Of a stretch of 64,000 nucleotides of DNA, positions 40,086 to 50,499 are shown one piece after another. Within the stretch, counting starts at the first letter, position 1. Each line of letters begins with the position of its first letter. This DNA is from an uncultured Gammaproteobacteria bacterium (GTDB lineage: Bacteria > Patescibacteriota > Patescibacteriia > UBA10025 > JAHIVO01). Where the stretch lies: contig CAYPXF010000003.1 in the NCBI GenBank assembly GCA_964415025.1, forward strand, positions 41,523 through 105,522, written 5' to 3'. A program made the position numbers and the translations under genes. Below the pieces are notes generated by a model that saw only the letters and a list, made by a program, of their open reading frames with translations, ran no database searches and was not told where the DNA came from.

Positions 40086-40339
40086 TCCCGCTTAATAGCA
40101 GCTGAAATACTTGTATCCAGCGACTACGCAGAGATTGACACCCGGCTATACCATGGCACGCAAAAGGCCTTAGCAACCAAGATTTTGTATATGAGCATGA
40201 ATTTTGACCGGATCCCGGGTGGGCCAAAGCAGGATGAATACGATATATTCGTAAAAACACTCTTCTTGCTTTTTTTCTAGGGACTCCTTGGCTTTACCCC
40301 GTGCAAAAATACCTATATACTATTATTAGGAGGTATTTT

Positions 40340-40630
40340 ATGAAAAAAGTGCTTACTGTAGCTTTATCTGCAGCTATTGTCATGATACTGATAATAGCGG
40401 TGATGGCGACTACAGACACAAACAACCAAAACAATACGGTTACTGAAACAATAGTACCGTGCACAGAACGATCCACGCCAGATTACCGTCCAAATGAAGG
40501 CGTTGATTGCGAATCTGACAACCGCTGTAAACTGGTGGAACAGGTAACCTGTGCTCAATGTGATGCCACGGTGTGGCTGTGCTTTGATGCGGACGATGAT
40601 TTGTCAGAACTCTTTAATGTCGAGGAATAA
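40340..40630 (+). CDS. Small exported Cys-rich protein
   Basis: GGAGG SD, N-terminal signal/TM, six Cys. Confidence 0.65.
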   Translation: MKKVLTVALSAAIVMILIIAVMATTDTNNQNNTVTETIVPCTERSTPDYRPNEGVDCESDNRCKLVEQVTCAQCDATVWLCFDADDDLSELFNVEE

Positions 40631-41060
40631 TCATCAACCGACAAAACATACCGTTGACCCGACTGCCCATAAACCAAAGGGCTTTTTGCGCACTTACAGA
40701 CTTAAGAATGTTATCAACAAAATTTTACGTGTCATCTGGTATGTTGTCCTCGCCTGTATTCTATTCCAAGTAGTATTGTTTGGTATTCGTATTTTGCATA
40801 CACCGCCGTCAGAACGTCCGTGCTGGGACCGGTGGATGTGTTTTAACTACTGCGCTACGGGCAAACAAAAGGTGTGCCTGCTGCCGCCCGATGCCACCAC
40901 ACCGACGATACAGCAGTCATGGCATTTGATTATGACTGGTAAACGGACGGTTATCGAAGTACTCCATGACAATCAGCGTTACTGCGCCTGCCAGGTACTG
41001 ACTGGCGATGACGAAACACGTACTGAAACATTTTATAAATACTATACTGAACACCGATAG
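40617..41060 (+). CDS. Hypothetical membrane-anchored Cys-rich protein
   Basis: TM segment followed by six Cys; overlaps upstream stop. Confidence 0.55.
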   Translation: MSRNNHQPTKHTVDPTAHKPKGFLRTYRLKNVINKILRVIWYVVLACILFQVVLFGIRILHTPPSERPCWDRWMCFNYCATGKQKVCLLPPDATTPTIQQSWHLIMTGKRTVIEVLHDNQRYCACQVLTGDDETRTETFYKYYTEHR

Positions 41061-41061
41061 C

Positions 41062-41445
41062 ATGGATAGCCACTCTTTTGAATCGCATATTAGCGCCGCG
41101 ATACAAGAAATACCAGCAGCACTGCGTGATAAAATTACCAATGTAGCTTTTGTGATAGAGGATGATCCGCGAGCCGCGAAAAAAACGGAGCAGGAAATCA
41201 GAGCACAGGGAACATTGCTTGGGTTGTACCAGGGGGTGCCGCTTCCAGCGCGCAGCGGAAATTATTCAGGTGTCCTGCCCGATAAGATCACTATATTTAA
41301 AAACGCTATTGAACAGCATGCCCGTCAAACAAAACAACCCATAACCCAGCTTATCCGCAGTGTGGTGCATCACGAGATAGCGCATTATTTTGGCATGGAC
41401 GAGTCACGAGTCCGCAATTGGGAAACAAAACGTAAAACATCATAG
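41062..41445 (+). CDS. Zincin-like metallopeptidase (Zincin_1/DUF1025)
   Basis: LLGLYQGVP, PDKITIF, HEIAHYFG. Confidence 0.9.
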   Translation: MDSHSFESHISAAIQEIPAALRDKITNVAFVIEDDPRAAKKTEQEIRAQGTLLGLYQGVPLPARSGNYSGVLPDKITIFKNAIEQHARQTKQPITQLIRSVVHHEIAHYFGMDESRVRNWETKRKTS

Positions 41446-41594
41446 CTCTTCCACTGCGCGTTAATACCGACCTTCTGACGCTGGAATTAAGTTCGCGCAG
41501 TGATTTTATTTGACAGCGTGCCAGATCCTGATACAGTATAGTAATATATTCATGCTTGCTCATGTACTTGATAATGCACACGCGTGGAGGTATT

Positions 41595-41813
41595 ATGTCG
41601 CACATTAAATTTATCCTTGCTTTGGAGCAGGTCGAGGTGGACCATATACCCTATGACCAAATTACCCTTATCTGGGATGAACCGATTGATCACGATAGGG
41701 CCATGGCCTTAGCCCGGGATTGGCTTTGTGATGACTGCCATAGCGCGCTCAAACAACGTCTCGGCATAACTAATTTAGGGGAAGCTTCGCTTACATTGGA
41801 ACCTATTAGCTGA
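41595..41813 (+). CDS. Small hypothetical protein
   Basis: GGAGG SD at 41586, upstream TTGACA promoter-like motif, CxxC. Confidence 0.55.
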   Translation: MSHIKFILALEQVEVDHIPYDQITLIWDEPIDHDRAMALARDWLCDDCHSALKQRLGITNLGEASLTLEPIS

Positions 41814-41885
41814 ATTATACTGCAGGATTAACCATAATCCTGCTTTTTTATGGTCAAAAAACATAAAATAAGTTATGCTGTATGC

Positions 41886-42551
41886 ATGCCTAGGAAACGA
41901 AATACAAAACCCTACGCCATCGCCGCACTGATCGTGTTTATGATAGCCGTGCTATTTATTGTTGTTCGTTTTAATACTGCCCGAGATGAAGGTTCCTGGG
42001 TATGTGAAAACGGCCAATGGGTCAAACAGGGACAGCCAGCAAACTCCCAGCCACACGAGTTGTGCCCGCCTGTGAATACGGATCTTGCTACCAATATGGC
42101 GTCGGCGAGCATTACCTCATATGATGAATGCGTGGCGGCCGGTTATCCGGTGATGGAGTCATATCCACCCAAATGCACCACCCCGGATGGCGCTGTTTAT
42201 TCACAGGATATTGGAAATGAACTAGATGCAGCTGATCGGATACAGCTTGATACGCCGCGTCCAAATGATACTATCACCAGTCCCTTGACTATCAGCGGCC
42301 AGGCAGTCGGATACTGGTTTTTTGAGGCTGAATTCCCTATTTATCTCCTGGATGCCAGTGGTCAAGTTATTGCTAATACCCAAGCCCGTTCACAGGGCGA
42401 ATGGATGACTGAAAACTTTGTGCCGTTTGAAACTACACTTGAGTTTGATACGCCTGATACGAGCACTGGCACGCTCATGCTCCAAAATAGTAATCCATCC
42501 GGACTCGAACAAACTGCTGCCAGCCTTACGGTGCCAGTCAATTTTGAATAA
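41886..42551 (+). CDS. Gmad2 immunoglobulin-like domain protein
   Basis: SPLTISGQA.GYWFFEAEFP, GEWMTENFVPF, NPSG; SYDECVAAGYPVMESYPPKC motif. Confidence 0.85.
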   Translation: MPRKRNTKPYAIAALIVFMIAVLFIVVRFNTARDEGSWVCENGQWVKQGQPANSQPHELCPPVNTDLATNMASASITSYDECVAAGYPVMESYPPKCTTPDGAVYSQDIGNELDAADRIQLDTPRPNDTITSPLTISGQAVGYWFFEAEFPIYLLDASGQVIANTQARSQGEWMTENFVPFETTLEFDTPDTSTGTLMLQNSNPSGLEQTAASLTVPVNFE

Positions 42552-42602
42552 CGGCATACTAAGAACATGCCCACCTTACATGTTATGCTTTTTTTTAGTT
42601 TA

Positions 42603-43931
42603 TTATAATGACGGCAGATAATCCAGTGGGTTGACCGGAATGCCGTTTGAACGGACTTCGAAGTGAAGATGCGGGCCGGTAGTCAATCGTCCGGCACCGG
42701 GCGTGCCAGGGGTGCCGCCGATCAGACCTATCTGCTGGCCCCGCACAACATAATCATCCTCTGCCACGTCTATGCGACTCGTGTGTCCGTAAACAGTAGA
42801 AATTTCGTCATTATGCACAATCATGATATAGCTGTAACCAAGGCCGGCATTCTTTGCCCTGACAATATACCCGTTATCCGCGGCGCGGATTGGCGTCCCC
42901 TGTGGTTGCGGGATGTCGATTGCCGGGTGCTCGAACAGCCAGCGGTATGGATAGGTCGGATCATGAAAATACGCTGAAATGCCTTTGGTCGGTGATACCG
43001 GCCACATCAGCGCCGTTGATGTATCCAGCTCTATCCCCTCTTCCTGCAGCTGCTGGCGGGCTTTTGTTTCCAGTGAATATATTTCTGCTTCGACGGCCTG
43101 CTGTTCACGCTTAGCCTCCTGCAGCATAGCGGCGAATTTTTCCTCGGATTCCTTTGTCTGTTCGAGGAGGTTTTCCTTATACACCTTTTGGTCACCTAGT
43201 GAAGCTATACTGATCTGTAATTTATCAGTCAGCTCTGACAACTCGGCATGTTTGTTCTCTTGTTCAGTTTTTTCGTTTTCCAGGCCTTGTTTTACCTGCT
43301 GCAGTTCAGATAATGCTTTCTCGACATTGCCCTGTAGGTCTTCGGTATATTTCATCTGGTCAAAAAATTCTGAAAATGATTCATTGACCATAAATATTTC
43401 CAAATACGTCTTTTGATCGTATTTATAAATTAATTTCAGATACTCGGCCAAGATTTTTTTTGTCTGTTCTAGCTCTACCTCCTTATCAGCAATTTTTAGT
43501 TGGAGTCCGTCAATCTCGAGGCTCACTTTTTCAATTTCCTCACGTACTCTGGTAATGTCATTTTCGGTCTGGCTGACGCGTAAATCAATGATTGACATCT
43601 GGCTTTCCAGTGTCACTGCTTCCTGCTGTTTGGATTTGACGTTCTTTTCGTAGACATCGGCCTTTTTTTTGAGCTCCTCAATTTTCTCGCGTCGGGCGTC
43701 AATTTCAGTATTTAAATCATCAAGTTCTGCTTCCTCTCCTGTGTCAATTTCTGCCTGGTTTTGGCCTGATAATTGCTCTGTTTGTTCTCCTGCGGTATCC
43801 CCATCGTCTGTTGATTGGGCGGCCATGGGTAATGGCGCAATAACTAAAAATACAGCCAATCCAAGCAACAGGCTGCAAAGTGATGCCCACATTACGTGTT
43901 TTTTATTTTTGTTTGCTACCAAATTACCCAT
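42603..43931 (-). CDS. M23 peptidase with long coiled coil (EnvC/MepM-like)
   Basis: HPAID (HxxxD), YGH, TGPHLHFEVR. Confidence 0.92.
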   Translation of the reverse strand: MGNLVANKNKKHVMWASLCSLLLGLAVFLVIAPLPMAAQSTDDGDTAGEQTEQLSGQNQAEIDTGEEAELDDLNTEIDARREKIEELKKKADVYEKNVKSKQQEAVTLESQMSIIDLRVSQTENDITRVREEIEKVSLEIDGLQLKIADKEVELEQTKKILAEYLKLIYKYDQKTYLEIFMVNESFSEFFDQMKYTEDLQGNVEKALSELQQVKQGLENEKTEQENKHAELSELTDKLQISIASLGDQKVYKENLLEQTKESEEKFAAMLQEAKREQQAVEAEIYSLETKARQQLQEEGIELDTSTALMWPVSPTKGISAYFHDPTYPYRWLFEHPAIDIPQPQGTPIRAADNGYIVRAKNAGLGYSYIMIVHNDEISTVYGHTSRIDVAEDDYVVRGQQIGLIGGTPGTPGAGRLTTGPHLHFEVRSNGIPVNPLDYLPSL

Positions 43932-43976
43932 AACAAATAGTACATTTGAGTAACGGTATTATACCACGCACTCCGT

Positions 43977-45395
43977 CTACTGTAAAGTCGTCACCGCGTG
44001 TTTTATACGACTTATTGTTTCTTCCTTACCTAAAACCGCCATAACTTCAAACACGCCGGGCGATGCTTTTTGTCCGGTCACGGCAATTCGCAGCGGCCAC
44101 AGCACGTCACGATTAGTTAGATTATGCTCATTGATAAAACTCATCATCCGCTCCTTAAGTTCGTCGACTTGAAATTGATCCTCTGATAATCGGCTAACAT
44201 ATTCAGCTGTCTGTTGTAATACTGTTTTAGTCGTCTTATGGTTACTCTTTTTCGGAATTAGCATGTCTGGCTCATAGGTCAGGGTTTTCTCGAATATAAA
44301 ATCTATTTGTTCAGGCAATTCAGTCAGCTTACGAATCCTATCCTTTACCAGCAGTACGGCCTTAGATACTAACGAATGGTCTTTGTGCTCACTTAGATAT
44401 TGTTTCGAAACTGTAATATAATCTGCATCAGCCATATTCCTAATGTATTTGGCATTGAGCCAGTCCAGCTTTTCGAGGTTAAAAATCGCACTCGCTTTAT
44501 TGACTTTAGCTAAATCAAATTCCTGAATTAATTCATCGAGTGCGAACATCTCTTGTTCGGTTTTTGGGTTCCAGCCCAGAAACGCGATAAAATTAAGTAC
44601 TGCCTCTGGCAGATAGCCTTGATCCCGGTAGTCCAGAGCTGGCATAGCGCCGTGGCGCTTTGACAGCTTTGCCCGGTCTGGACCTAGCACCATGGGCAGA
44701 TGAGCAAAAACAGGCGGCGTCCAGCCGAAGGCCTGGTATATTATGGTATGCTTCGGTGTTGAGGGCAGCCATTCTTCTGCCCTGATAACATGGGTAATGC
44801 CGAGCTCATGGTCGTCTATCACATTAGCTAAATGATAAGTTGGATAACCATCTGATTTCAGCAGCACCTGATCATCAATTGTATTATTCTGCACTTTTAC
44901 CACACCGTGCACCACATCGTCAAACTGGGTAATGCCGCTCACCGGTACCTGTAGCCTGACAACGTGCGGTGTGCCTTTTGATAAATGCTGCTGTATTTCA
45001 TCTCGAGTCAGCGAACGGCAGTGTCCGTCATATGCCGGAGCTTGCTTATTGATACTCTGAAGCTTGCGCAGCTCGGCTAAGCGCTCGGGGCTGCAAAAGC
45101 AATAATACGCATAGCCTGATTCGATGAGTTGCTTGGCATACTGTTTATATGTATCAAATTTTTCTGATTGATAGAGCGGTCCCTTATCAATCGTTAATCC
45201 GTACCACTTAAGCGCCTCGATAATGTTTTCGGTAGCGCCCTGAACAAACCGTTTTTGATCAGTATCTTCGATCCGCAGGGTGAAGGTACCGCCATGTTTA
45301 CGCGCCCATAACCAGTTAAACAGTGCCGTGCGCAAACCGCCGATATGCAAATATCCGGTCGGCGATGGCGCAAATCGTACCCGTACATCAGCCAT
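43977..45395 (-). CDS. gltX: Glutamyl-tRNA synthetase
   Basis: RFAPSPTGYLHIGG, RIEDTD, KLSKR. Confidence 0.97.
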   Translation of the reverse strand: MADVRVRFAPSPTGYLHIGGLRTALFNWLWARKHGGTFTLRIEDTDQKRFVQGATENIIEALKWYGLTIDKGPLYQSEKFDTYKQYAKQLIESGYAYYCFCSPERLAELRKLQSINKQAPAYDGHCRSLTRDEIQQHLSKGTPHVVRLQVPVSGITQFDDVVHGVVKVQNNTIDDQVLLKSDGYPTYHLANVIDDHELGITHVIRAEEWLPSTPKHTIIYQAFGWTPPVFAHLPMVLGPDRAKLSKRHGAMPALDYRDQGYLPEAVLNFIAFLGWNPKTEQEMFALDELIQEFDLAKVNKASAIFNLEKLDWLNAKYIRNMADADYITVSKQYLSEHKDHSLVSKAVLLVKDRIRKLTELPEQIDFIFEKTLTYEPDMLIPKKSNHKTTKTVLQQTAEYVSRLSEDQFQVDELKERMMSFINEHNLTNRDVLWPLRIAVTGQKASPGVFEVMAVLGKEETISRIKHAVTTLQ

Positions 45396-45397
45396 AA

Positions 45398-46573
45398 TCA
45401 CCAGGCTTTAATTGAAAAATATAATTCCAACAAAACGCCGCCTACCAGTAGTATGATCACGCTGAACGCTAGTATTGTCAGCTTGTGGACCGGTTTCTTA
45501 TTTTCGCGCTTCTTCAATTGGAGAAAAAGCATGGTGATAACAACACCGTTCAAGCCAACCATGACAGCGCCGGTAAGTCCTATAATATCTATAAAATCAC
45601 GTAATCCGACAATATACCCAAGCAACGGAACAAAACACGCTAGGGCCCAGGCTGCTGATTTTGGCATCCTATAATCATACCAAAATATTTTTTTGACAGT
45701 TAGGCCAAGTGTTATAAATGATGTAAACGTGGTAATAATGCCGAAAAAGAAACCGACAGTAAGCACCCACGCGCCTAAACTACCCTGCATACCGGAAATC
45801 GCGTCATCAGTAGTTTGCGTCCCAGACACCCCGACCACCAGCAAGGCAAATAGTAAATATATAAGGGCCGAAAGACTCACCCCGGTAATAATAATACGTT
45901 TAAGCTGATTAATATTACCCTGTACCATTTCCTTAATCTCCGGCACGATTGACGTTCCGCCCAGAGCAAATACCAGCACCCCGTAAGGTATGAAAAAATA
46001 CGGCCAGCTGATTGTCGATAGATTTGCTGCTGAAATCTGTTCTGCTCCGGCGATGAATAAAAACAGAACGGCTGCCAAAAAAACCACTAATAGGATTAAT
46101 TCGACCGGACCGACAGAACGCTGGTCGCGCCAAATCAGTAGGGCACCAAGCAGGAAGAATATAAAAGTGTATAAATAAACTGATCCGTCGAATATATTTG
46201 CTAAAAACTGCCCGCCGATGATGAGTAAAGCCAGCAATGATCCGTACATGCTCAATACCTTTACCATAAAGGCAAACACTTTACCCTTTTTGCCGAGGTA
46301 GATCTCTGCATAGCCGGGCAGCCGATGCAGTCCGTCAGTACTGGCTGCGACCATGCCGTAGAATAAGCTCATGGCAATCGCCAGACCGGCGGTCAACAAC
46401 AACAGCAGCGTATAAATAAAAAATCCAGCCTGGGCAGCGACATATGGCAAACCGAATATTCCGACTCCTATAATCGTCCCGACATACGTTGCCAGCGCAT
46501 ACCAGAAGCGCTGTCGCGATGACGCGCCTTGATCGATGTGGGCTACGGCCCTTTTTTTATGACGCAGATGCAT
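45398..46573 (-). CDS. Amino acid permease (HAAAP/Trp-Tyr permease-like)
   Basis: GTIIGVGIFGLPY, about 11 TM. Confidence 0.85.
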   Translation of the reverse strand: MHLRHKKRAVAHIDQGASSRQRFWYALATYVGTIIGVGIFGLPYVAAQAGFFIYTLLLLLTAGLAIAMSLFYGMVAASTDGLHRLPGYAEIYLGKKGKVFAFMVKVLSMYGSLLALLIIGGQFLANIFDGSVYLYTFIFFLLGALLIWRDQRSVGPVELILLVVFLAAVLFLFIAGAEQISAANLSTISWPYFFIPYGVLVFALGGTSIVPEIKEMVQGNINQLKRIIITGVSLSALIYLLFALLVVGVSGTQTTDDAISGMQGSLGAWVLTVGFFFGIITTFTSFITLGLTVKKIFWYDYRMPKSAAWALACFVPLLGYIVGLRDFIDIIGLTGAVMVGLNGVVITMLFLQLKKRENKKPVHKLTILAFSVIILLVGGVLLELYFSIKAW

Positions 46574-47081
46574 TTTCTTGATTTTGCGTTAGTCTTTTAT
46601 AGGTTGTGTCAAATATATCGAGTGCCTCCCTGGTACGGAGGACGAAGACAATAGAAGCAAACTCGTCATAATGCCGCAGCGCGGCACGCAATAAAATATC
46701 AGCGCACCGCTCCATTGGCAGACGTCCGATACCCGTACCAACTGCTGGAAATACTATTGATTTTAAGCCGGCCTCACGCGCTCGTCGGAAACTGCTGTCA
46801 ATTGCGCTGGCAACACTGTGTTCGTCCGCGTCCTGTCCCAATTCCATCGAGGCAGCATGGATTACGCAGCGCGCATCAAGTTTGCCGGCCGTAGTGATGG
46901 CGGCTTCACCAAGAGGGATGGGTGCTATTTTGCTGGATTCTTCCTGGATACTGTTACCGCCGGCCTCAACTATGGCTGCTGCTACGCCTCCTCCGTGCAG
47001 CAGGTCCGTGCTGGCCGCATTGACAATAGCGTCCGCCTTTACTTTTGTAATGTCTCCTTGGGTGAGTGCGATTGTTCCCAT
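46557..47081 (-). CDS. Macro domain protein (ADP-ribose binding/hydrolase)
   Basis: GDITK, DAIVNAA, GGGVAAAI, FPAVGTG. Confidence 0.92.
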   Translation of the reverse strand: MGTIALTQGDITKVKADAIVNAASTDLLHGGGVAAAIVEAGGNSIQEESSKIAPIPLGEAAITTAGKLDARCVIHAASMELGQDADEHSVASAIDSSFRRAREAGLKSIVFPAVGTGIGRLPMERCADILLRAALRHYDEFASIVFVLRTREALDIFDTTYKRLTQNQENASAS

Positions 47082-47134
47082 ACATGTATTGTATCACAGC
47101 ACAGTATTAAAAAAAGTATTAAACCGTGCTGTTA

Positions 47135-47740
47135 TTATTCGGCTGATGTTCGATCCTTATTGCTCTGAATTTTTTTTCTGATCATCCGTTGGATAAATAC
47201 AATCAATACTGTCAGGACTATGATTATCGTCATGCCGACGATGTATTTTCCGATCAGCGGATGGTGCTTAACGAAATAATGCTCTGTTTCTATGACAATA
47301 CGAGCAGTTAACCATCCGGAAAAAATCACCAGAGCATAAAATATTGCTTTTCTTGACGGGCCGAGCTTCCTGCCCCGGATAAATAAAAAGATCAGCGCAC
47401 TGAACAATATAAGTGGCACTGCCAGATCAGCATGCAATATGAGCCGTGTCTGCTCATAGCCTTGTAAATTGCAGACTGACTCTGCTGGCTCCGTCCTGCT
47501 GAAATTATAGGGGTATTCCAGGGAAATCGAAGTCTCGGTACCGCACTGATCGTGCAGCGGATTGAACAGCTCATTTATATCGCGGAAAGCAAACTCACCC
47601 AGCGTTATCATCACGGCAATAATCAAGATAGTTAAAAATATTGTCCACGGTGATATTTTTTCTTTGAGTGGTTGTTTTTGTTGCGGCTGTTTTTGGCTCT
47701 GTTGTTCTATAATCGGCTGCTCAAATATCGGTACGGGCAT
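47135..47740 (-). CDS. Hypothetical membrane protein
   Basis: Four hydrophobic segments. Confidence 0.7.
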   Translation of the reverse strand: MPVPIFEQPIIEQQSQKQPQQKQPLKEKISPWTIFLTILIIAVMITLGEFAFRDINELFNPLHDQCGTETSISLEYPYNFSRTEPAESVCNLQGYEQTRLILHADLAVPLILFSALIFLFIRGRKLGPSRKAIFYALVIFSGWLTARIVIETEHYFVKHHPLIGKYIVGMTIIIVLTVLIVFIQRMIRKKIQSNKDRTSAE

Positions 47741-47797
47741 AATACTCAATGACTTAGTAGGAATAATATAATACTCTACAATACTGCAGGGGCATTG

Positions 47798-48679
47798 TCA
47801 AGCGCTGGCGCATTGGCGCAGCGCGCTGCTAATATGTTTGATGACGTCGCTGGCGATGACTGAACGCTCTCCGTGTTCCCGAGTCGCACGTTCACCGGCG
47901 AGGCCATGGATAAATACACCCGCCTTAAGCGCGGCAAAAATATGGTCAGGGTATTGCGCGACAAATCCGCCTAGGATACCGCCTAACACGTCGCCGGTGC
48001 CGGCCGTAGCCAAGCCAGGTCCACCGGTCGTGTTACGGTACGTACTTCCTTTAGGCGAGGCAACTACCGTACCAGCACCTTTCAGAATACAGTATATTTG
48101 CCAAGCTCTGGCATATGTTTTAGCTATCCGCTGCCGCTCCTCATCAGTCTCCCCTATTTTACTACCAACTAATTTTGACATTTCTCCGGGATGCGGAGTA
48201 ATAACAGTCACTGAATTTTTTCTGCTTGTAAATATTTTTTTTGGTTCAGCCGCTGACACAATATTTATTCCGTCAGCATCGAGTATCAGCGGTCCAGGGT
48301 ACTGTTTAATAAACTCCAGGACAAACATGCAAGTGCTTGATTGCCGTGTTAATCCCGGGCCGCATACGGTGATAGTACTAGCGCGTGCCTGGCGGCACAC
48401 AGCCTGGAGATTACTGCGGTCAATACTACCGCCGCGCGTCGTAAACAGCGGCTGATGAATAATTTCTGGTAACCGGCGGCGAAACGGGTTTTCTAAAACA
48501 TCCGGATAGGCCAGGGTGACAAGTCCTGCGCCAGCGCGTAACGCTGCTTCAGCAGTCAGCAGCGCCGCACCAGAGTATGAACGCGATCCGGCGACGATAT
48601 AGACATGACCGTACGTGTGTTTATGCGACCGCTGTTTGCGTTTACTAAAAACAGCTTTTGTGCCAGGAGGTATTTTCAT
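47798..48679 (-). CDS. nnrD: ADP-dependent NAD(P)H-hydrate dehydratase
   Basis: HKHTYG, GAALL, GPGL, LDADG, TPHPGEM, LKG, ATAGTGDVL. Confidence 0.93.
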   Translation of the reverse strand: MKIPPGTKAVFSKRKQRSHKHTYGHVYIVAGSRSYSGAALLTAEAALRAGAGLVTLAYPDVLENPFRRRLPEIIHQPLFTTRGGSIDRSNLQAVCRQARASTITVCGPGLTRQSSTCMFVLEFIKQYPGPLILDADGINIVSAAEPKKIFTSRKNSVTVITPHPGEMSKLVGSKIGETDEERQRIAKTYARAWQIYCILKGAGTVVASPKGSTYRNTTGGPGLATAGTGDVLGGILGGFVAQYPDHIFAALKAGVFIHGLAGERATREHGERSVIASDVIKHISSALRQCASA

Positions 48680-49779
48680 GGGGCGTTGAAAAATTTTCCC
48701 TCGCCGGCAGGATTGTATCCGTTCTCCAGTTCATCACTATCTATAAACCCGTCACCATCAGTATCAACCATGTCCGAACGGGTGCCGAACAGTGGCTCCC
48801 ACACATCGTAGAGTCCGTCCTTATCCTGGTCTCTGACCAGCTCTTCAGCCGGCAAACCGATCAAATATCCAAACAGGGGTAGATTGAGAAAATTTGTTTT
48901 TGTAAATAATGTCGTATTAAATTCGCTTAATGATTTACTGGATAACGGTTCTTCGATAGTAACCGTTTCGTCAAACATATTGATAACAGCCTGGAATTCG
49001 TATGCCCGTTTCTGTGTTGGTATGGATAGTTCTATACGCCGAAGGTATGCATCCTGCTTATCAATCCATAAATCTATAGTTGCTGCGCCAGCGGTAATAA
49101 ATAATTCATCCGATTCCAGCGGGAACCACGGTACATGCTGTACCAGCGCATCAGCACCTGCTCGTGTTAGCCGAACCTGATATCGATAACATAAGCTGCC
49201 GTCAAAAAGCTCATCGGGAAAACGCTCCATAAACATCACCAGCTCGGTCTGGGCCAGGGATTGTTTCAGTGAACCAATATCTCGGAACGCAGCGGCAATA
49301 TCAGTCTGCGGCGTATATGCATACCATGTATGAGCGACTGCGTCTATGTCCAGGAATGGTACGGCCGGCACTTCCTCAATACGAAAATACCCCTTTTCAT
49401 CAGTACTCTGTAATTCCATGTCAATCAAAAAACTCAAATTTTGGATTTGAATCTGATTGCTCCAGCGTCCCTGGCCTGTCATTTGTTCCTGCCAACCGCC
49501 GTCAAAGTATAATTCTGTATATAGCGAAAACGGCACGTTTTCAGTTTGTGACCTGACAGCTCCGGTAACGACATAGTGTGCCGTATTCACCTCGGCCATT
49601 GCTTGCAGCATAGTATCCAATACTTTTGTAGGGCGCTGCTCTACCACCGGTACGGTAATAACTTTATCAATAAACGGAAAATACAATCCCATGTAATAAA
49701 AAAGCGCACCACCAATCAAAAATATAATGACAATGCACAGTAATATGATGCTAACTATAATTCTCTGACTGCGTTCCAT
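48676..49779 (-). CDS. Membrane-anchored protein with C-terminal Ca-binding (TSP3-like) repeats
   Basis: N-terminal TM; DQDKDGL, DTDGDGFID..E...GYNP. Confidence 0.75.
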   Translation of the reverse strand: MERSQRIIVSIILLCIVIIFLIGGALFYYMGLYFPFIDKVITVPVVEQRPTKVLDTMLQAMAEVNTAHYVVTGAVRSQTENVPFSLYTELYFDGGWQEQMTGQGRWSNQIQIQNLSFLIDMELQSTDEKGYFRIEEVPAVPFLDIDAVAHTWYAYTPQTDIAAAFRDIGSLKQSLAQTELVMFMERFPDELFDGSLCYRYQVRLTRAGADALVQHVPWFPLESDELFITAGAATIDLWIDKQDAYLRRIELSIPTQKRAYEFQAVINMFDETVTIEEPLSSKSLSEFNTTLFTKTNFLNLPLFGYLIGLPAEELVRDQDKDGLYDVWEPLFGTRSDMVDTDGDGFIDSDELENGYNPAGEGKFFNAP

Positions 49780-49903
49780 AATATGATTATACCAGTTTTT
49801 AGGCTATAAAACAAGGGATTAGCTAATAATTGACATCGCTCATTAGACTGTGTTAGCATGTAATAATACTTTTTTTGTACCGTCACATACATGAGGAGGG
49901 ATC

Positions 49904-50434
49904 ATGCGTAAATGTTTAGTACGTTTGTTTTTTACCATCATTATTGTACTGGCAGGGTTGTTAGGTTGTAGCCGTGCAGAACCGGATAGTACGGTTGCTA
50001 TTAAACAGAAAAAGACGTTTAGCTTCACCATGCCAGCGCGGTACATGATGCACGCGCAGTATGTTATCCTCGATACGATTCATCTGGAACATGAAACATA
50101 TTATGTTTCTGTATACGAAAATGAGTTGAAGAGTGATAAATTTTCCTGGCAATGCGTGGCCGGCTATATTATCATAATCCGTTATACCGGAGAGGACCGC
50201 CGTGAGCTAACGCCCGGTAAAATAGTATCTGCATACAGCGACCATGACATACTAACCAGCGTCGTCGACACGACTACATACAGCTATATCGATGCTACAG
50301 AAGTTCTATTGCACTGCTGGATCCAGCCGCACCGCGAGCCAAACTATCCGCCTGTGCGCACATACATACAGCACCAAAAAGAGGAAATTGCGGATATTAT
50401 TTCGCACGACATCATTACCGCCGAAGCTCCATGA
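49904..50434 (+). CDS. Hypothetical lipoprotein
   Basis: GAGGAGG SD, lipobox LLGC, own terminator. Confidence 0.7.
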   Translation: MRKCLVRLFFTIIIVLAGLLGCSRAEPDSTVAIKQKKTFSFTMPARYMMHAQYVILDTIHLEHETYYVSVYENELKSDKFSWQCVAGYIIIIRYTGEDRRELTPGKIVSAYSDHDILTSVVDTTTYSYIDATEVLLHCWIQPHREPNYPPVRTYIQHQKEEIADIISHDIITAEAP

Positions 50435-50485
50435 GCTTCGGTTCTTTTTTTATTAAAAAAACTCCCGTTAGTAGTAACGGGAGTT
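50421..50485. terminator. Back-to-back intrinsic terminators of convergent genes
   Basis: CCGAAGCTC/GAGCTTCGG + T run; A run + AACTCCCGTTA/TAACGGGAGTT. Confidence 0.85.
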
Positions 50486-50499
50486 GTGCTATAAATGTA

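Noticed and set aside
40053-40280. ORF as a real gene
   Set aside because: TTG start lies inside the nnrD-derived fragment, with no SD or recognisable domain; at most a remnant.
42551-42603. Strand switch as the replication terminus
   Set aside because: GC skew could not be computed, no canonical dif was found, and orientation flips again at 59.2 kb.
40037-48277. Diversity-generating retroelement TR/VR pair from the 49 bp repeat
   Set aside because: Only two mismatches, short length, mid-gene target in a housekeeping enzyme, and no reverse transcriptase in the window.
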